Shown here: piece after piece, positions 47,701 through 57,391 of the stretch
Numbering within the stretch: the stretch's first letter is position 1
Layout of the letters: each line of letters starts with the position of its first letter
Origin: a virus
Taxonomy: Duplodnaviria; Caudoviricetes
Direction: 5' to 3' (one strand)
Virus record (IMG/VR): IMGVR_UViG_2974613666_000001
Coordinates: 64,001-128,000 of that record
Length of the DNA stretch: 64,000 bases
Notes under the pieces: generated by a model
What the model saw: only the letters and a program-made list of their open reading frames with translations
Told to the model about the DNA's origin: nothing
Database searches by the model: none
Position numbers and translations under genes: made by a program

Positions 47701-48440
47701 GCCGCAGCTTGATTTATGGATTCTCAGCTAGATGTTTGTTAAGCGGTGAAGATGTTCAAGTTTCTGAAATCGTCGCTACGGCTGAAGACTTCCGGTCTGC
47801 TTGGGCTTCTAGAGGTCGTTCAATCAAGGATACCCAAATCGCCTTATCCCCAGGTATTGAGTTTCTAGATCAGGTTCTGAATATTAGAGTATTAGTGAAT
47901 GCTCTTGGTGTGGAAGCAATGAAGAGGGGACATTGTGAAGGAGGTAGTGAAAAAGTAGCGCTGTTCATGCACAACGAAATGCCAGTAGTTATTACAGCAC
48001 ACCGGAAAATGGTTGAGAACCGCCAACTAATCAAACACCAATTCAATATTGATATTGACATTAGACCCGAACGTGCAGCCAGTGGACTTGCTGCTTTATT
48101 CAGAGCGATCGGCTTTGTGTCTACTAAGTCTAAAGGTCGTGAGTCTGAATTAGGTAAGGACAAATCAGGTAAAGGGAATGCGATTAAGAATTCCTTCTTG
48201 ATTACCGAAGATGCCCTACACTACAAAATCTGGCAGTGCTGGATCACCAACTATAAAGATAAACGCCCGGACTTCTTTAAGTGGTTCTACAACCCATCGC
48301 AGGATGAAACAGGCGATTTAATATGGAAGAACCGCTTGGGGATTGTTGACGACGCGCCAGAGGCTGTTATTCAGACTAAAAAAGCCCAAGGAGTAAGCAC
48401 CAAAAAAGATAAGCAACTTGAACTCCAACTAGCTTACTAA
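44769..48440 (+). CDS. Replication protein with an SF2 helicase / origin-binding domain (CyRepA1-like)
   Basis: SEMGTGKT, IAHRELL, VVIDEAES, LSDANL, SPVIDSG.D, QQLERVRD; N-terminal PriCT-like GGGRSH..F region. Confidence 0.8.
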   Translation: MLYNISDFSQQLFNNPEVTPLGSYKSSINESKQANYNPGFVPGKDLIFDAPNVQPRELLGTAEWLERFYPYESLEALQAKSKAKVERTAAEALERKLERERRTKELSAQQLERKKQILDSTELSVKNLVYKSTLAEIENGTPDGGGRSHLRAFAIAANVVEAEKCAAAAGIALVDTAEQVFEEWINNTFTATEKDKIDKVWGFFRDRQEDTTFKPKQTEYLEDLLARRADKQLGADVVEHLLHGRNFEHLLEASSRGLVLPVNKEIDISKLPVLFDTNKQGWGNVVSYTTETSLIYVTSSPTYAQKLLKRGTIYGVVLFDDSTPSVLVHQFLESVHLNKIQLVVDMEAPNCDRLLAAKLRSGHYSELCENARNKKEGSKKLNIYKPEVVVVDREMIVWGAQYYWQRQTAAVTAELVGSRKDKDAVIYGFTGNERYFSDIVAKCETTAKNRKLLGFVSEMGTGKTEVLARVTSNWDSRLTLAIAHRELLTKQAAHRLGLVYYKDKDQNAKDKYQSALVRGLAITANTLVQGGRDQAGYLPDFKIDDWAKARVVIDEAESFMKYLMESGTLVENRQGAIEYFIKLIKTVIAGGGQVILSDANLRTSTIQFFEKIACEALGRDWDSETKSADFNCYIIHNSYKKFTQRKLTVIDSPEAAVSEMMRRVEASEKILYFTDVKAPSKKNYFSTQSLGMFCREVQKLGHLIDADTRGFTDDVDHKILESLHTLIKHSPKIIIAVSPVIDSGTDWNNLGMNSVWASYTGIMGLDSTLQQLERVRDDIPRFLSAAKRTGMGMSHGDITNLQAKLDAIAEGYSKVIPKLVDTWAEYSTLNKQECDERLAELFPKLNQHILDWWQESLLESYYAGQEFRINLVARLQEKGYSVEYKTYKVDQEVIDNLKDYGDKQRELKYKEVAEADLSLLDNLEPNQDTMLKTQARAKDLKSCLYAMGIDAEQWKSQFDGEGRIELVRRSLGRKSKFRRSLIYGFSARCLLSGEDVQVSEIVATAEDFRSAWASRGRSIKDTQIALSPGIEFLDQVLNIRVLVNALGVEAMKRGHCEGGSEKVALFMHNEMPVVITAHRKMVENRQLIKHQFNIDIDIRPERAASGLAALFRAIGFVSTKSKGRESELGKDKSGKGNAIKNSFLITEDALHYKIWQCWITNYKDKRPDFFKWFYNPSQDETGDLIWKNRLGIVDDAPEAVIQTKKAQGVSTKKDKQLELQLAY

Positions 48441-48718
48441 AACCAAATTAAAACTCAATCAAAAAGCTTCCCCTAAAAAGGAAGCTAAAACCGTTTGCGG
48501 GCGATCCCTTATGGCATAGTCAAAACTCTATCTATTATAGGTTTATCATAGATTTTTACTTAAGTTGAGCGATCGTTTGTGGAGGAAATAACAGATCACC
48601 ATTAATTCCACTTATTTAGATCCTTATTGGATCTATTTTTATAGTTCTTTTTGACTATTTAAATAGCTTTAAAAAATATAGTAAAGGCTAGAACGTATAT
48701 ATAGTAAGGATTATAGAT

Positions 48719-48767
48719 GTGTGTCAACGTTGGTATCAGTCTCCTCTTACCTCGAATGTTGGCACAC
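48719..48767. repeat. Inverted repeat GTGTGTCAACGTT..AATGTTGGCACAC downstream of the replicase
   Basis: 13-bp arms with two G-T mismatches; the arms resemble those at 9513-9570. Confidence 0.6.
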
Positions 48768-48969
48768 CCTGGATCGAGTCGTGGTAAGCGATCACACCTT
48801 TGGGTTGGTTTATTGTGGGGTGAGAAGCAGGAAAGTAATCAGTCGCTAATAAAAAACCCCAAGCGGTTAACTTGAGGTTTTTTGTATATTATTCGTGGGT
48901 TAGGCTATGCCTTATATTTGATCCTCACCCTCAGCGTGTCCAATCTCGTAACCATATTCATAGGCTTGT

Positions 48970-49492
48970 TTACTCTTTATCCAACCATTCAGGCGATCGC
49001 CCCAACTCCCCAAATATTTCGTGAACTGATGCCAACCTGATCTCTAGTTCTAACTCGGCTTGTTTTGCATATCTCCACCCCATAGCTTTAATTCTGTTCT
49101 CAGGTAGTGGTTCTCCTGCTTTGTATAGTTCGCAGCCAGCCATGAATATTGCTGTGAGTTTGTTTTTGGTTGCTTCATTAAGGTTTTGCATTACTTCGCT
49201 CTCTTAACATTTTTTTACGTGGTCGGTAAAAAACAGTAACTTATTTGATCAAGTCTCTAACTTCCTTTGGTACAGAATCATAACCCCATTCAAGTTCTGA
49301 GTTTTCGATAGCTTCCTGCAAGAGTTCAACCGAATAATCTTCCTCAACCTCTGTTTCCTTAACTCCCGTAACTATTCCATTACCACAAGGCTCAATATTG
49401 TCCCTGGAATCAAAGAACCAGTCACAGGTACTTACACCTGGAACCAGTATCACACCATTCTCAAATTCCCATGCTGGCGGTATAACCTTCAT
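48970..49492 (-). other. Small hypothetical genes (48970-49191, 49241-49492)
   Basis: Short ORFs downstream of promoter-motif copy 3. Confidence 0.5.
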
Positions 49493-49727
49493 CAGATTTT
49501 GGTTCTTCAGTGAACCCAGCTACATCATTTTCAATTACAGATACAATTATTTTTGTTGCCTTCATTGTTTTTACCTCTTTATTTTTTTGCTGATGTAACT
49601 ACTATCTCAAACCACTAACCTAAAGACAACCGTAATTATACTGAATTAAATAAACTCAGTAACCATGTGAAGTATTACACTGTATTCACCCAAACGATCG
49701 CTCTGAACAATCCTAAGCCTCAACCTC

Positions 49728-50015
49728 GTGATAAACTATCTGAAACATTTCAGGTATATCACTATGGGCAAAATGGCATGGCTACCTACATCATCCAGCA
49801 ACGGTACGAAAATCCTGCATTTACAGTCTGACACCTCAAGACCTTTCAGACCTTACTCAACATTCCCGCACCTTGCAGTACCAGACCATACTATTCCCGG
49901 TGGATCTAAAGGTTGGGCTACTTATCAAAAGCTACTTAAGTGCGGTTGGGAAATCGTGGCAAGCGATCGCGTGTCAGATGTCGGTGGTTTAGCTGGTGTG
50001 GTTGATGAGATTTAG
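49728..50015 (+). CDS. Conserved cyanobacterial-type hypothetical protein
   Basis: LHLQ..RPYSTFP.LAVPD..IPGGSKGWATYQKLLK.GW. Confidence 0.6.
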   Translation: MINYLKHFRYITMGKMAWLPTSSSNGTKILHLQSDTSRPFRPYSTFPHLAVPDHTIPGGSKGWATYQKLLKCGWEIVASDRVSDVGGLAGVVDEI

Positions 50016-50072
50016 GCGTGGAAAAACCCTGTAACTTATTGGCTACAGGGTTTTGTGTCGCGGTTTGTATTT

Positions 50073-51024
50073 TTACTTTAACGGGTAAAGTTTATAATAT
50101 TTGGTTAGATTGTTTGACATTCTTTGTTTTTCTGTTCTCTTGAGTCTTAACCTGCTCTTTACTTTTATCTCCTTAAACGCCTTTTTTGTCAGGTCTATGT
50201 AAGGATCTCCACTCTCACCTGAGCAAACCTCGCCTACTTGATAATCATCTGAGTAGACAATGACCTCACCTATTGGGTAGGTTTTACCTCTAATCACAAC
50301 ATCTACAGTAAATACTGGTTTCATAATTATTTCTCTTAGTAATCCATATTCTTCAAGAACTTCTCCCAGAGTCCTGGGAGATTTTATTGCTGCATCACAC
50401 ATGGACAATTAACTCAACTTCTGCATTTTCATGACCTTCGCAATTGCTAATACTAAAAGCAGGGTATTGCATAACGTGGTCTTTAGTGAAGATGAAGCAA
50501 GAGTCAAACTTCTTAGCTTCATGTACTAGCAACTTTTCTTTTGGCTTGTGCATTCTGGGTTTGCGACCTGATATATCCCATATAGCTGAGATAATACCAA
50601 CTAGGCTTGCACCTTCTTGTGCATTACCTCTACCATTCTTACTCATGATTAATTTAGTTTCTGTGTAAGAAATGCCGAAGTAATCGGCTAAAGCTACTAC
50701 TGAACAGTCATTAGCATCCTGAATACCATACTTACAATGTAGAATGTTTTGCTTTCCATTTTCCCTTTCTCTCCTCAGTGATTGTGCCACGTCCTTGTCC
50801 TAACAGTCAGCAGCAAGAGCATCTACTAGGTAGCATTCTTCATCTCCAGTCATTTTGTCTGTTGTGCTATGCCCTACTAGAATAGACAAACTCTTATTGA
50901 CTTTCATACTGATCCATGCTCCTTTGTTATGTTGTTCCGGGGTTATGAACAACTGTCCAATTTTCAACCCACTGAAAGTGAAGGATACACGGTCGTTTAT
51001 GCGAAATTCTTTAGTAATAATCAT
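50073..51024 (-). other. Small hypothetical genes (50073-50408, 50395-50790, 50800-51024); the middle one has a C39-peptidase-like NDCSVVALA..H pattern
   Basis: Co-oriented ORFs downstream of promoter-motif copy 4. Confidence 0.55.
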
Positions 51025-51186
51025 TTGCCTGTCTACCTGCTTGTTTATACAACTACTATCTCAAGTATCAAATATCTCAAGTATCAAAGGTAAAAACAAC
51101 CGTAATTATACTGAATTTAATTATACATGAAAGAAAAAACCCTGTAGCTAATAAGTTACAGGGCTAAACATTCCCCAATCATTTCC

Positions 51187-51687
51187 TCAGTTATAACCAA
51201 GAAACATATCTTTTAATCCTCCCCATAGTAGCGGGTGTTCATTTTCCGGTTTGGTCGTGTCAGACAGTAGTGCTGTGAATCTTGGTAACTCGTGTCTATA
51301 CATCTTGTACAGTTTTTCGTTATTTTGTCTACTAGCTTCCATATTGGCAATTCTATCAGCCAGTTTCACAGGTAACGCCGCAGGGCAGGCTTTGATTTTA
51401 CTCGCAATATTCTCTAGCTTTTCCTTTCTATTATTGCCAACACCTGTTACAGCATTCACAATATTGGCTACTTCTGACCCGAACACGTCTACCAGTTCTT
51501 CATCAGTAGTATCTGTATCCTCAAGTACATCATGTAACCAAGCAGCCGCAAGTAGAGTATCATCATCGCACCCTGACTGTTTTAGAATGTTTACAACATT
51601 ATTTAAATGTCTGTGGTATGGGAGTTCACCATACATTTGTCCTCTATGTTTGGTGATTGCAAAACAAAGGGCGGTAATTTCAAGCAT
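51187..51687 (-). CDS. HD-domain small alarmone ((p)ppGpp) hydrolase, Mesh1/SAH type
   Basis: AITKHRGQ..PYHRH, AAWLHDVLEDT, VKLADRIANM. Confidence 0.9.
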   Translation of the reverse strand: MLEITALCFAITKHRGQMYGELPYHRHLNNVVNILKQSGCDDDTLLAAAWLHDVLEDTDTTDEELVDVFGSEVANIVNAVTGVGNNRKEKLENIASKIKACPAALPVKLADRIANMEASRQNNEKLYKMYRHELPRFTALLSDTTKPENEHPLLWGGLKDMFLGYN

Positions 51688-52165
51688 TTTCTCTATCCTT
51701 TTTAGTCAGATCAAGCTCTCCGTTAACCAGCACTCTAACGACAGTACCAACACCTTCTAACACAATCCCAGATACATGGTCTTTGATGTATGCTTTCTGA
51801 GTTGGGTTAATCCTATAAGTCCTTACTTTTTGAAAGCTAAGTGCTGTATGGTTTCCCATTAATGGCTGATGTCTGTCCCTATTCCAGTTAAGTTCGGGTA
51901 TACCTATTTTTGGTGGTTTATCTAGAATAACTTGACACTTGCAAGCTAATATGAAATCCCATCTTCGTGTGCATCCATTTTCCTTCGGTAATCTGACTTT
52001 AAAGTAAATGGGATTGCGCCACGCTAATTTGTCCTTAAACCATTTTTCGGAGTAGCTGTTTGTTATTTCAGCGTTAAACCGCTTCACAGCATCATGGAAA
52101 AGTTTTAACCTTCCCTTGGATTGGGTTTTTAAGTAAGCATCCCAGTATTCCACTATTTCGCTCAT
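51680..52165 (-). CDS. Hypothetical protein
   Basis: 161-aa ORF coupled to the HD gene. Confidence 0.55.
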   Translation of the reverse strand: MSEIVEYWDAYLKTQSKGRLKLFHDAVKRFNAEITNSYSEKWFKDKLAWRNPIYFKVRLPKENGCTRRWDFILACKCQVILDKPPKIGIPELNWNRDRHQPLMGNHTALSFQKVRTYRINPTQKAYIKDHVSGIVLEGVGTVVRVLVNGELDLTKKDRENA

Positions 52166-52174
52166 TGTATTTAC

Positions 52175-53086
52175 TCAATAATTATTCAAAATCAATTCCT
52201 TCACACCTTCACGCCCCTCAACCTTACAAGATATTGCTCTTTTAGCCTTTACCTCAACCCTTTTAAAGTTCAAACTATCCCAGCAATCAACATCACTACT
52301 GGATAGTACAACCTTACCCTGCCTAACCTCGCTCAACTCCTTAATCCAGTTCAGTAATCTTGCGTTCTCACCATCATTCCAACCATCCTTACTATATCCC
52401 ACAAAATTGGCTGTATCGCTCATAGGTGTGTATGGTGGATCGAGATAAATCAGAGTATTACTATCCACGAACTCAGTTACCTGCTGATAATCACCACACA
52501 GTATGTAGACACCCTGCAAACGATAGCTCACCGCAAGTAAATTATCACGGTCACAAATAGCCGGATTATCATAGTCACCAAAGGAAGTATTAAAACCACC
52601 ATCACGTTTACGAACTCGCCACAGACCATTAAAACAAGTCTTATTTAAGAAAATAACCTGTGCTGCGCGAGTAACCCAAGTTTCATTGTATTGGCTGTAG
52701 TTAAACTCTGCTGCTTGTTGGTTGAATTCATCGCGTACTCTCTCGAAGTATCTGCGGCGATCGCTCCAACCGTCCCGCATAATCCCACACGTTCTAATAT
52801 AATCAGCTTGCAGCTTCTCCAGTTCATTGATTAACTGATGCACTGACTGTTGAATTACCACATAAGCCACCATCAAGTCCCTATTTGTATCATTAATCAG
52901 AACCTCACCTAGCTTATGGTAATTCAACAGGTGAAATAGTAATGCACCGCCACCAACGAAAGGCTCGCAGTATTTGGTGAAATGTTTGGGAAGCATGGGT
53001 GCAATCCTCTTTAGTAGTTGGCGTTTCCCTCCTGGCCACTTTAAGAAAGGTTTCGCTCCTTGTTTCTTCTCTGTATTCATAGTCAT
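52175..53086 (-). CDS. dam: Dam-family (D12 class) N6-adenine DNA methyltransferase
   Basis: KPFLKWPGGK, EPFVGGG, FLNKTCFNGLWR, YLDPPY. Confidence 0.9.
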   Translation of the reverse strand: MTMNTEKKQGAKPFLKWPGGKRQLLKRIAPMLPKHFTKYCEPFVGGGALLFHLLNYHKLGEVLINDTNRDLMVAYVVIQQSVHQLINELEKLQADYIRTCGIMRDGWSDRRRYFERVRDEFNQQAAEFNYSQYNETWVTRAAQVIFLNKTCFNGLWRVRKRDGGFNTSFGDYDNPAICDRDNLLAVSYRLQGVYILCGDYQQVTEFVDSNTLIYLDPPYTPMSDTANFVGYSKDGWNDGENARLLNWIKELSEVRQGKVVLSSSDVDCWDSLNFKRVEVKAKRAISCKVEGREGVKELILNNY

Positions 53087-53175
53087 TATGGTTTATTTGT
53101 AGTCCTTATGTTTACTTATGCTAAAAACCAGGATGTCTCGCAGCAATCCTGGTTATTTTCTTTATGATCCTTGTT

Positions 53176-53664
53176 TTAATAGTTAACACCCCAAGCAAAT
53201 ATCCCATTAATTGTTAAATAAATCCTGTCACACGTTTTTACCTTTTTACCATCTAAGGTTACAAAGTGAGCATCAACACCATTAGGAGAACGATCTATCA
53301 TTGGTCTTAATTTCATAGATCCTGTTGTATCCAGTTCTTCGTTAAAACTTTTTACCTCTCCACATACAAATAAGAATGGTGTCTTACGGGTGTCTAGGGT
53401 TTTGGCATTACCTGTTTTTGCTCTCTTAAGTAGTGTTCCTGCTGATGGTGTACCGTCTAATTTAAAACCTCTTGACCTAGCTTGCCCTGCTTTATCTAGT
53501 TTGAAGGTAACGTTTGACAATTCAACTGTGTCAGCGTGTCCTTGGGCTTTACCTTTAGCCCATACAGTGAACCATAATGGTTTCTTGCTTTGCGCTGTAG
53601 AGAAGCCAAAACAGTTTACTTTCGTGCTTAGTAGTTGTGTTGGTGTAGCTTTTTGTGTAGGCAT
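53176..53664 (-). CDS. Hypothetical phage protein (likely start MPTQK)
   Basis: AGGAG RBS before this ATG; promoter-motif copy 5 upstream. Confidence 0.6.
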   Translation of the reverse strand: MPTQKATPTQLLSTKVNCFGFSTAQSKKPLWFTVWAKGKAQGHADTVELSNVTFKLDKAGQARSRGFKLDGTPSAGTLLKRAKTGNAKTLDTRKTPFLFVCGEVKSFNEELDTTGSMKLRPMIDRSPNGVDAHFVTLDGKKVKTCDRIYLTINGIFAWGVNY

Positions 53665-53821
53665 CTTCTTGTCTCCTTTGTTCCAGTTGCTTTGTATCAC
53701 TACTATCTCAAAACTACTAAGGTAAAACAACCGTAATTCTACTGAATTAAATAAAACACTAAAATATACAGCCCACCCCTTTATAAGCTATATATTTTTA
53801 GAACCTTATCAAGTTTAAGTC

Positions 53822-54658
53822 CTAACTCATCAAATAGTTGATATATTTCCAGCACACTGCTGACTGTTGAGGGGTACAACCATCTCCTAGTATAGATACA
53901 CGATGCTTCCTATCTTTTTGTGATCTTGCTAAGACTTCCATTTCTCCTTTATAGGGATTAGTTCCCCACCAACCCAATCCTCTAATTTGGTTGAGTTCTG
54001 TTGAGTACCCATGATCCACTCCCGTAAATTTATATTGCTCACACAGCCTGGAGTTATTAGTCCTAATACTCTCAAGCGCATCTCCAATCTGTCCTGACCA
54101 GGTCGATTGTACCGCGCGTCTGCTGATTTGCTCATCGTCATTGGCGTGGGCAATAAGGAACACTCTTTCTCGCTTGTGCGGTGCGCCAACTTCTGATGCT
54201 GAGATAGTTGACCATTGTGTAGAGTACCCGATTTCATTAAGTGACCAGAGAACATAGCCGAGGGGCGAGATTGAGTCATCTTTAGTGGGATGTCTACACC
54301 CATCGGGATTTTCCCAAAGCACGACTCTGGGCTTAACTTCGTTGATGAGTCGGTGCATCTCCCACCATAATCCACTTCTTTCTCCGTGTAGTCCGTTTCG
54401 TTTTGGGTTAGCCAAACTGTTTTGCTGGCATGGACTTCCGCCGCAGATAACGTCGAATGTTCCTGGTTTTGCTGTGTAGCTCCTGATATCATCCCAGATG
54501 GCAATTCCTGGAAAGTTTTGTCTGAGTAAGTGCTGTCTGTAAGGGGCATATTCTATAAACTGTTTAACTTGGAACTGTTGCTGCAACCCTGCTATTTCTA
54601 TTCCTCGCTCACATAATCCAGCTAGACCACCGGAAAAGAGGCTTAAAACTTTGTGCAT
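53822..54658 (-). CDS. C5-cytosine DNA methyltransferase (alpha-type chain)
   Basis: Motif I LSLFSG, IV GGSPCQ, VI ENPDG, VIII HKRERVFL, X-like LGDG. Confidence 0.9.
   Translation of the reverse strand: MHKVLSLFSGGLAGLCERGIEIAGLQQQFQVKQFIEYAPYRQHLLRQNFPGIAIWDDIRSYTAKPGTFDVICGGSPCQQNSLANPKRNGLHGERSGLWWEMHRLINEVKPRVVLWENPDGCRHPTKDDSISPLGYVLWSLNEIGYSTQWSTISASEVGAPHKRERVFLIAHANDDEQISRRAVQSTWSGQIGDALESIRTNNSRLCEQYKFTGVDHGYSTELNQIRGLGWWGTNPYKGEMEVLARSQKDRKHRVSILGDGCTPQQSAVCWKYINYLMS
53929..54549 (-). CDS. Nested out-of-frame ORF, putative beta chain of the C5 methyltransferase
   Basis: Same strand, different frame, 206 codons. Contains MKSGT, LLPTP and SNINLREWIMG, a motif IX-like segment not evident in the main frame. 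Confidence 0.65.
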   Translation of the reverse strand: MPLTDSTYSDKTFQELPSGMISGATQQNQEHSTLSAAEVHASKTVWLTQNETDYTEKEVDYGGRCTDSSTKLSPESCFGKIPMGVDIPLKMTQSRPSAMFSGHLMKSGTLHNGQLSQHQKLAHRTSEKECSLLPTPMTMSKSADARYNRPGQDRLEMRLRVLGLITPGCVSNINLREWIMGTQQNSTKLEDWVGGELIPIKEKWKS

Positions 54659-54773
54659 CTTTAATATATTCTAGCGCTGTTACTATAATATATGATATAT
54701 TTAACCTGTTGTCAAAATATATCACCCAATTATTGAAACAGGTGGTATATTAACTAAAGTATTCAACAAAACT

Positions 54774-55238
54774 ATGCAGATAAAACGCCTACATCCCGAC
54801 GCTGTTATCCCCAACTATGCTAAACCGGAATCGTCTGGTTTAGATTTAGTATCTGTGGAGGGTATTCTCATTCCGGTCAATTCTCATAAATTAGTTCCTA
54901 CGGGAATAGCTGTGGCAGTCCCTGAACCAGAAATAGTCAGAACAGCTTCACACGGTTATCTAACAATAGCTTTTGAAATCCAAATACGATCACGTTCCGG
55001 ACTAGCACTAAAGCACTGTGTAACAGTGCTTAACTCTCCTGGCACTATTGATGAAGGCTACAGGGGGGAAATTAAAGTAATACTTGTAAATAACGGCACA
55101 GAACCATTCCAAGTTAATAAAGGTGATCGTATTGCCCAGATGGTAGTGTGTCCTATTGTGCGGGTAGCTTTAGAGGAAGTACAGGAACTTTCTGAAACAG
55201 AGCGTGGTTCCAATGGTTTTGGAAGTACAGGTGTTTAA
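54774..55238 (+). CDS. dut: dUTP diphosphatase
   Basis: GLDL, RSRSGLALK, NSPGTIDEGYRGEI, RIAQ, RGSNGFGSTG. Confidence 0.97.
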   Translation: MQIKRLHPDAVIPNYAKPESSGLDLVSVEGILIPVNSHKLVPTGIAVAVPEPEIVRTASHGYLTIAFEIQIRSRSGLALKHCVTVLNSPGTIDEGYRGEIKVILVNNGTEPFQVNKGDRIAQMVVCPIVRVALEEVQELSETERGSNGFGSTGV

Positions 55239-55240
55239 TT

Positions 55241-56038
55241 ATGGTTCAAACAAATAACAGCGTCCAGCTACTTGGTTACTATGGTGGGGATAAACGGGTA
55301 TGTTTATCGGCTTGGCAGTCCACAACGGAAGAACTAGGACTAGAACTGCCTGACAATATACATGACCGTGTGGATGTTATTTTCCAGCACATAGCGGTGC
55401 AAAAAAAGAAATCACCTTTTGAGTTATTACAGTTTTTAGCCGCTAATAATCATTCAACACCGTTCGAGAAGGCTATTCTAGATTTTCAGATTACTGCTGA
55501 CCTTGCAAGCCATATACACGCGCTTAAGCACAGGATTTCATCTGTGAATAGTGAATCGGCACGATACAAAGAATTTCAGCAAGATAAGTATTGTATACCG
55601 GATGATTGGAAAAATACCTTAGCATCGTCTGAAATTTTTGATCACAATGGTGAAGAATTTGTAAGCGTGGGTGATAAATGGGAGGTTATTTTAGATTACT
55701 ACACTCAATTAGGTTTTAACTTATATCACCAAGCTTTAGCCGACCTAGAACCCGTATTAGGACGGAAAAGGGCAAAAGAGTCGGCAAGATACTTTTTAGG
55801 CTACAACACACAGCTTAACTTTGATTGGCAAATGAATTTTCGATCATTTGTTAATATTCAACAGTTGAGGAATGATTCACACGCCCAAAGGGAGATACAC
55901 CAAATAGCAAACACAATGCTTTATCTGGTTGAAACACTACCTGGAAACCCTTTTGAGTATTGCCTTAAAGCCTTCAATCTGAAATCTGATCCTGAGTTCT
56001 GTCTAATCAGAGGTTCCAAAAATGCGATTAATGAATGA
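55241..56038 (+). CDS. thyX: FAD-dependent thymidylate synthase
   Basis: HSTPFE, KHRISSVNSESARY, ESARYFL, NFRSF..LR.DSHAQREI. Confidence 0.95.
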   Translation: MVQTNNSVQLLGYYGGDKRVCLSAWQSTTEELGLELPDNIHDRVDVIFQHIAVQKKKSPFELLQFLAANNHSTPFEKAILDFQITADLASHIHALKHRISSVNSESARYKEFQQDKYCIPDDWKNTLASSEIFDHNGEEFVSVGDKWEVILDYYTQLGFNLYHQALADLEPVLGRKRAKESARYFLGYNTQLNFDWQMNFRSFVNIQQLRNDSHAQREIHQIANTMLYLVETLPGNPFEYCLKAFNLKSDPEFCLIRGSKNAINE

Positions 56039-56729
56039 CCCCACACCCTCAAACGACGATCGCCTTGCAGTCCTTGGTCTGGCTTTAGCCGTGATCGCTA
56101 TTGTTGCAGTGTTTGATTTGACTAACAGAAACACTCAACTCAGACAAATGCTAGATAACCAATGCCAGCCACAGCGACCGGGACAGATTCTAAACCGTGA
56201 TGTGGTTAAAAAGACAATATGAAGCACTCCGCAGACCTTAAACCCGCATTATTTCAAATCTCACCTGACCAGATCACTAACTATTTAATAGCTAACGGTT
56301 GGGTGATTGATCGGGTGGTTGACGGTCACTCTGTTTTCTCACTAGAACATGGTGACACGGGTTGTAAGCTACTCCTTCCTCAGCAAGATAACGATCCAGA
56401 TTACGCGCATAGGCTGCTAGATATTCTACTTGTACTACAACTAACGCGATCACCTTCCATTGGTGATATTGCTAATGAAATAAAGCGGCTTCAGGTAAAA
56501 CATAAAGCTTGCACCATTAATTGATTTCTTGTACCTACTAGCAGAACTAATTACTAAGAGCCACGATAACTACTGGTACTTTTTGTTTGGACATTACTTG
56601 CATGATTCAGTACCTGTAGCCTTCTTTATAGCTTCAGTAGATATTTTCCTTGTCTTAACCATTCTAGTAATGGCTCTGTTGATTATTAATTGTTTTCTCG
56701 AAATATTGTTTCTCCACGACTCACAATGA
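56022..56729 (+). other. Three small hypothetical genes (56022-56222, 56219-56524, 56529-56729); two are membrane proteins
   Basis: Coupled ORFs between thyX and tmk. Confidence 0.55.
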
Positions 56730-57391
56730 AAAAAGGTAAGTTTATTGTATTCGATGGTGGTGATGGTTCCGGTAAAACCACACAACTAGAGCTAGCTGCT
56801 AAGTGGTTGTATGCTCACCAAATTCCCACATGGTCAACTAGAGAGCCTGGTGGTACTAAGTTGGGTCAACAGTTGCGGGAGATTTTGCTACACGATCAAG
56901 AAGTTTCCCCTATAGCTGAATTACTACTATATCAGGCTGATAGGGCGCAACACGTATTAGAGATAAAGAAACGTTTGCATTATGGTATATGGGTTCTGTG
57001 TGATCGCTTTACACTGTCCACGCTTGCTTATCAGGGTGCTGGACGGTATCAGCCCACAAAAATGATTGAGCAGTTGAACGAAATCTCAGCACAAGGACTT
57101 GAACCAGACTGGACATTTTTACTGGATATCGACCCTGCTATTGGATTAACTCGCAAAGGACACCAGCAAGCCTTGGATAAGTTTGAGCAAGAAGCCATCA
57201 GCTTTCATCAACGTGTGCGAGAATGTTATCTGGAAATTGCACACCATACTTTACTGGATTGTACAATTATTTACGCTCAACAGACCATAGAGAGTGTGTC
57301 TGCCCCAATTCATTATGTTTTGTCTAATTTAGCTGGTGTACCTATCACACCAGCTACAAAACCTAGCGATGCTCATCTTCTTTGTATCTAG
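56726..57391 (+). CDS. tmk: Thymidylate (dTMP) kinase
   Basis: FIVFDGGDGSGKTTQ, TREPGGT, ADRAQH, CDRFTLSTLAYQG, PD. Confidence 0.97.
   Translation: MKKGKFIVFDGGDGSGKTTQLELAAKWLYAHQIPTWSTREPGGTKLGQQLREILLHDQEVSPIAELLLYQADRAQHVLEIKKRLHYGIWVLCDRFTLSTLAYQGAGRYQPTKMIEQLNEISAQGLEPDWTFLLDIDPAIGLTRKGHQQALDKFEQEAISFHQRVRECYLEIAHHTLLDCTIIYAQQTIESVSAPIHYVLSNLAGVPITPATKPSDAHLLCI

Noticed and set aside
51056-51087. Tandem duplication TATCTCAAGTATCAA x2
   Set aside because: Simple slippage duplicating the -10 region of promoter copy 4; no further structure.
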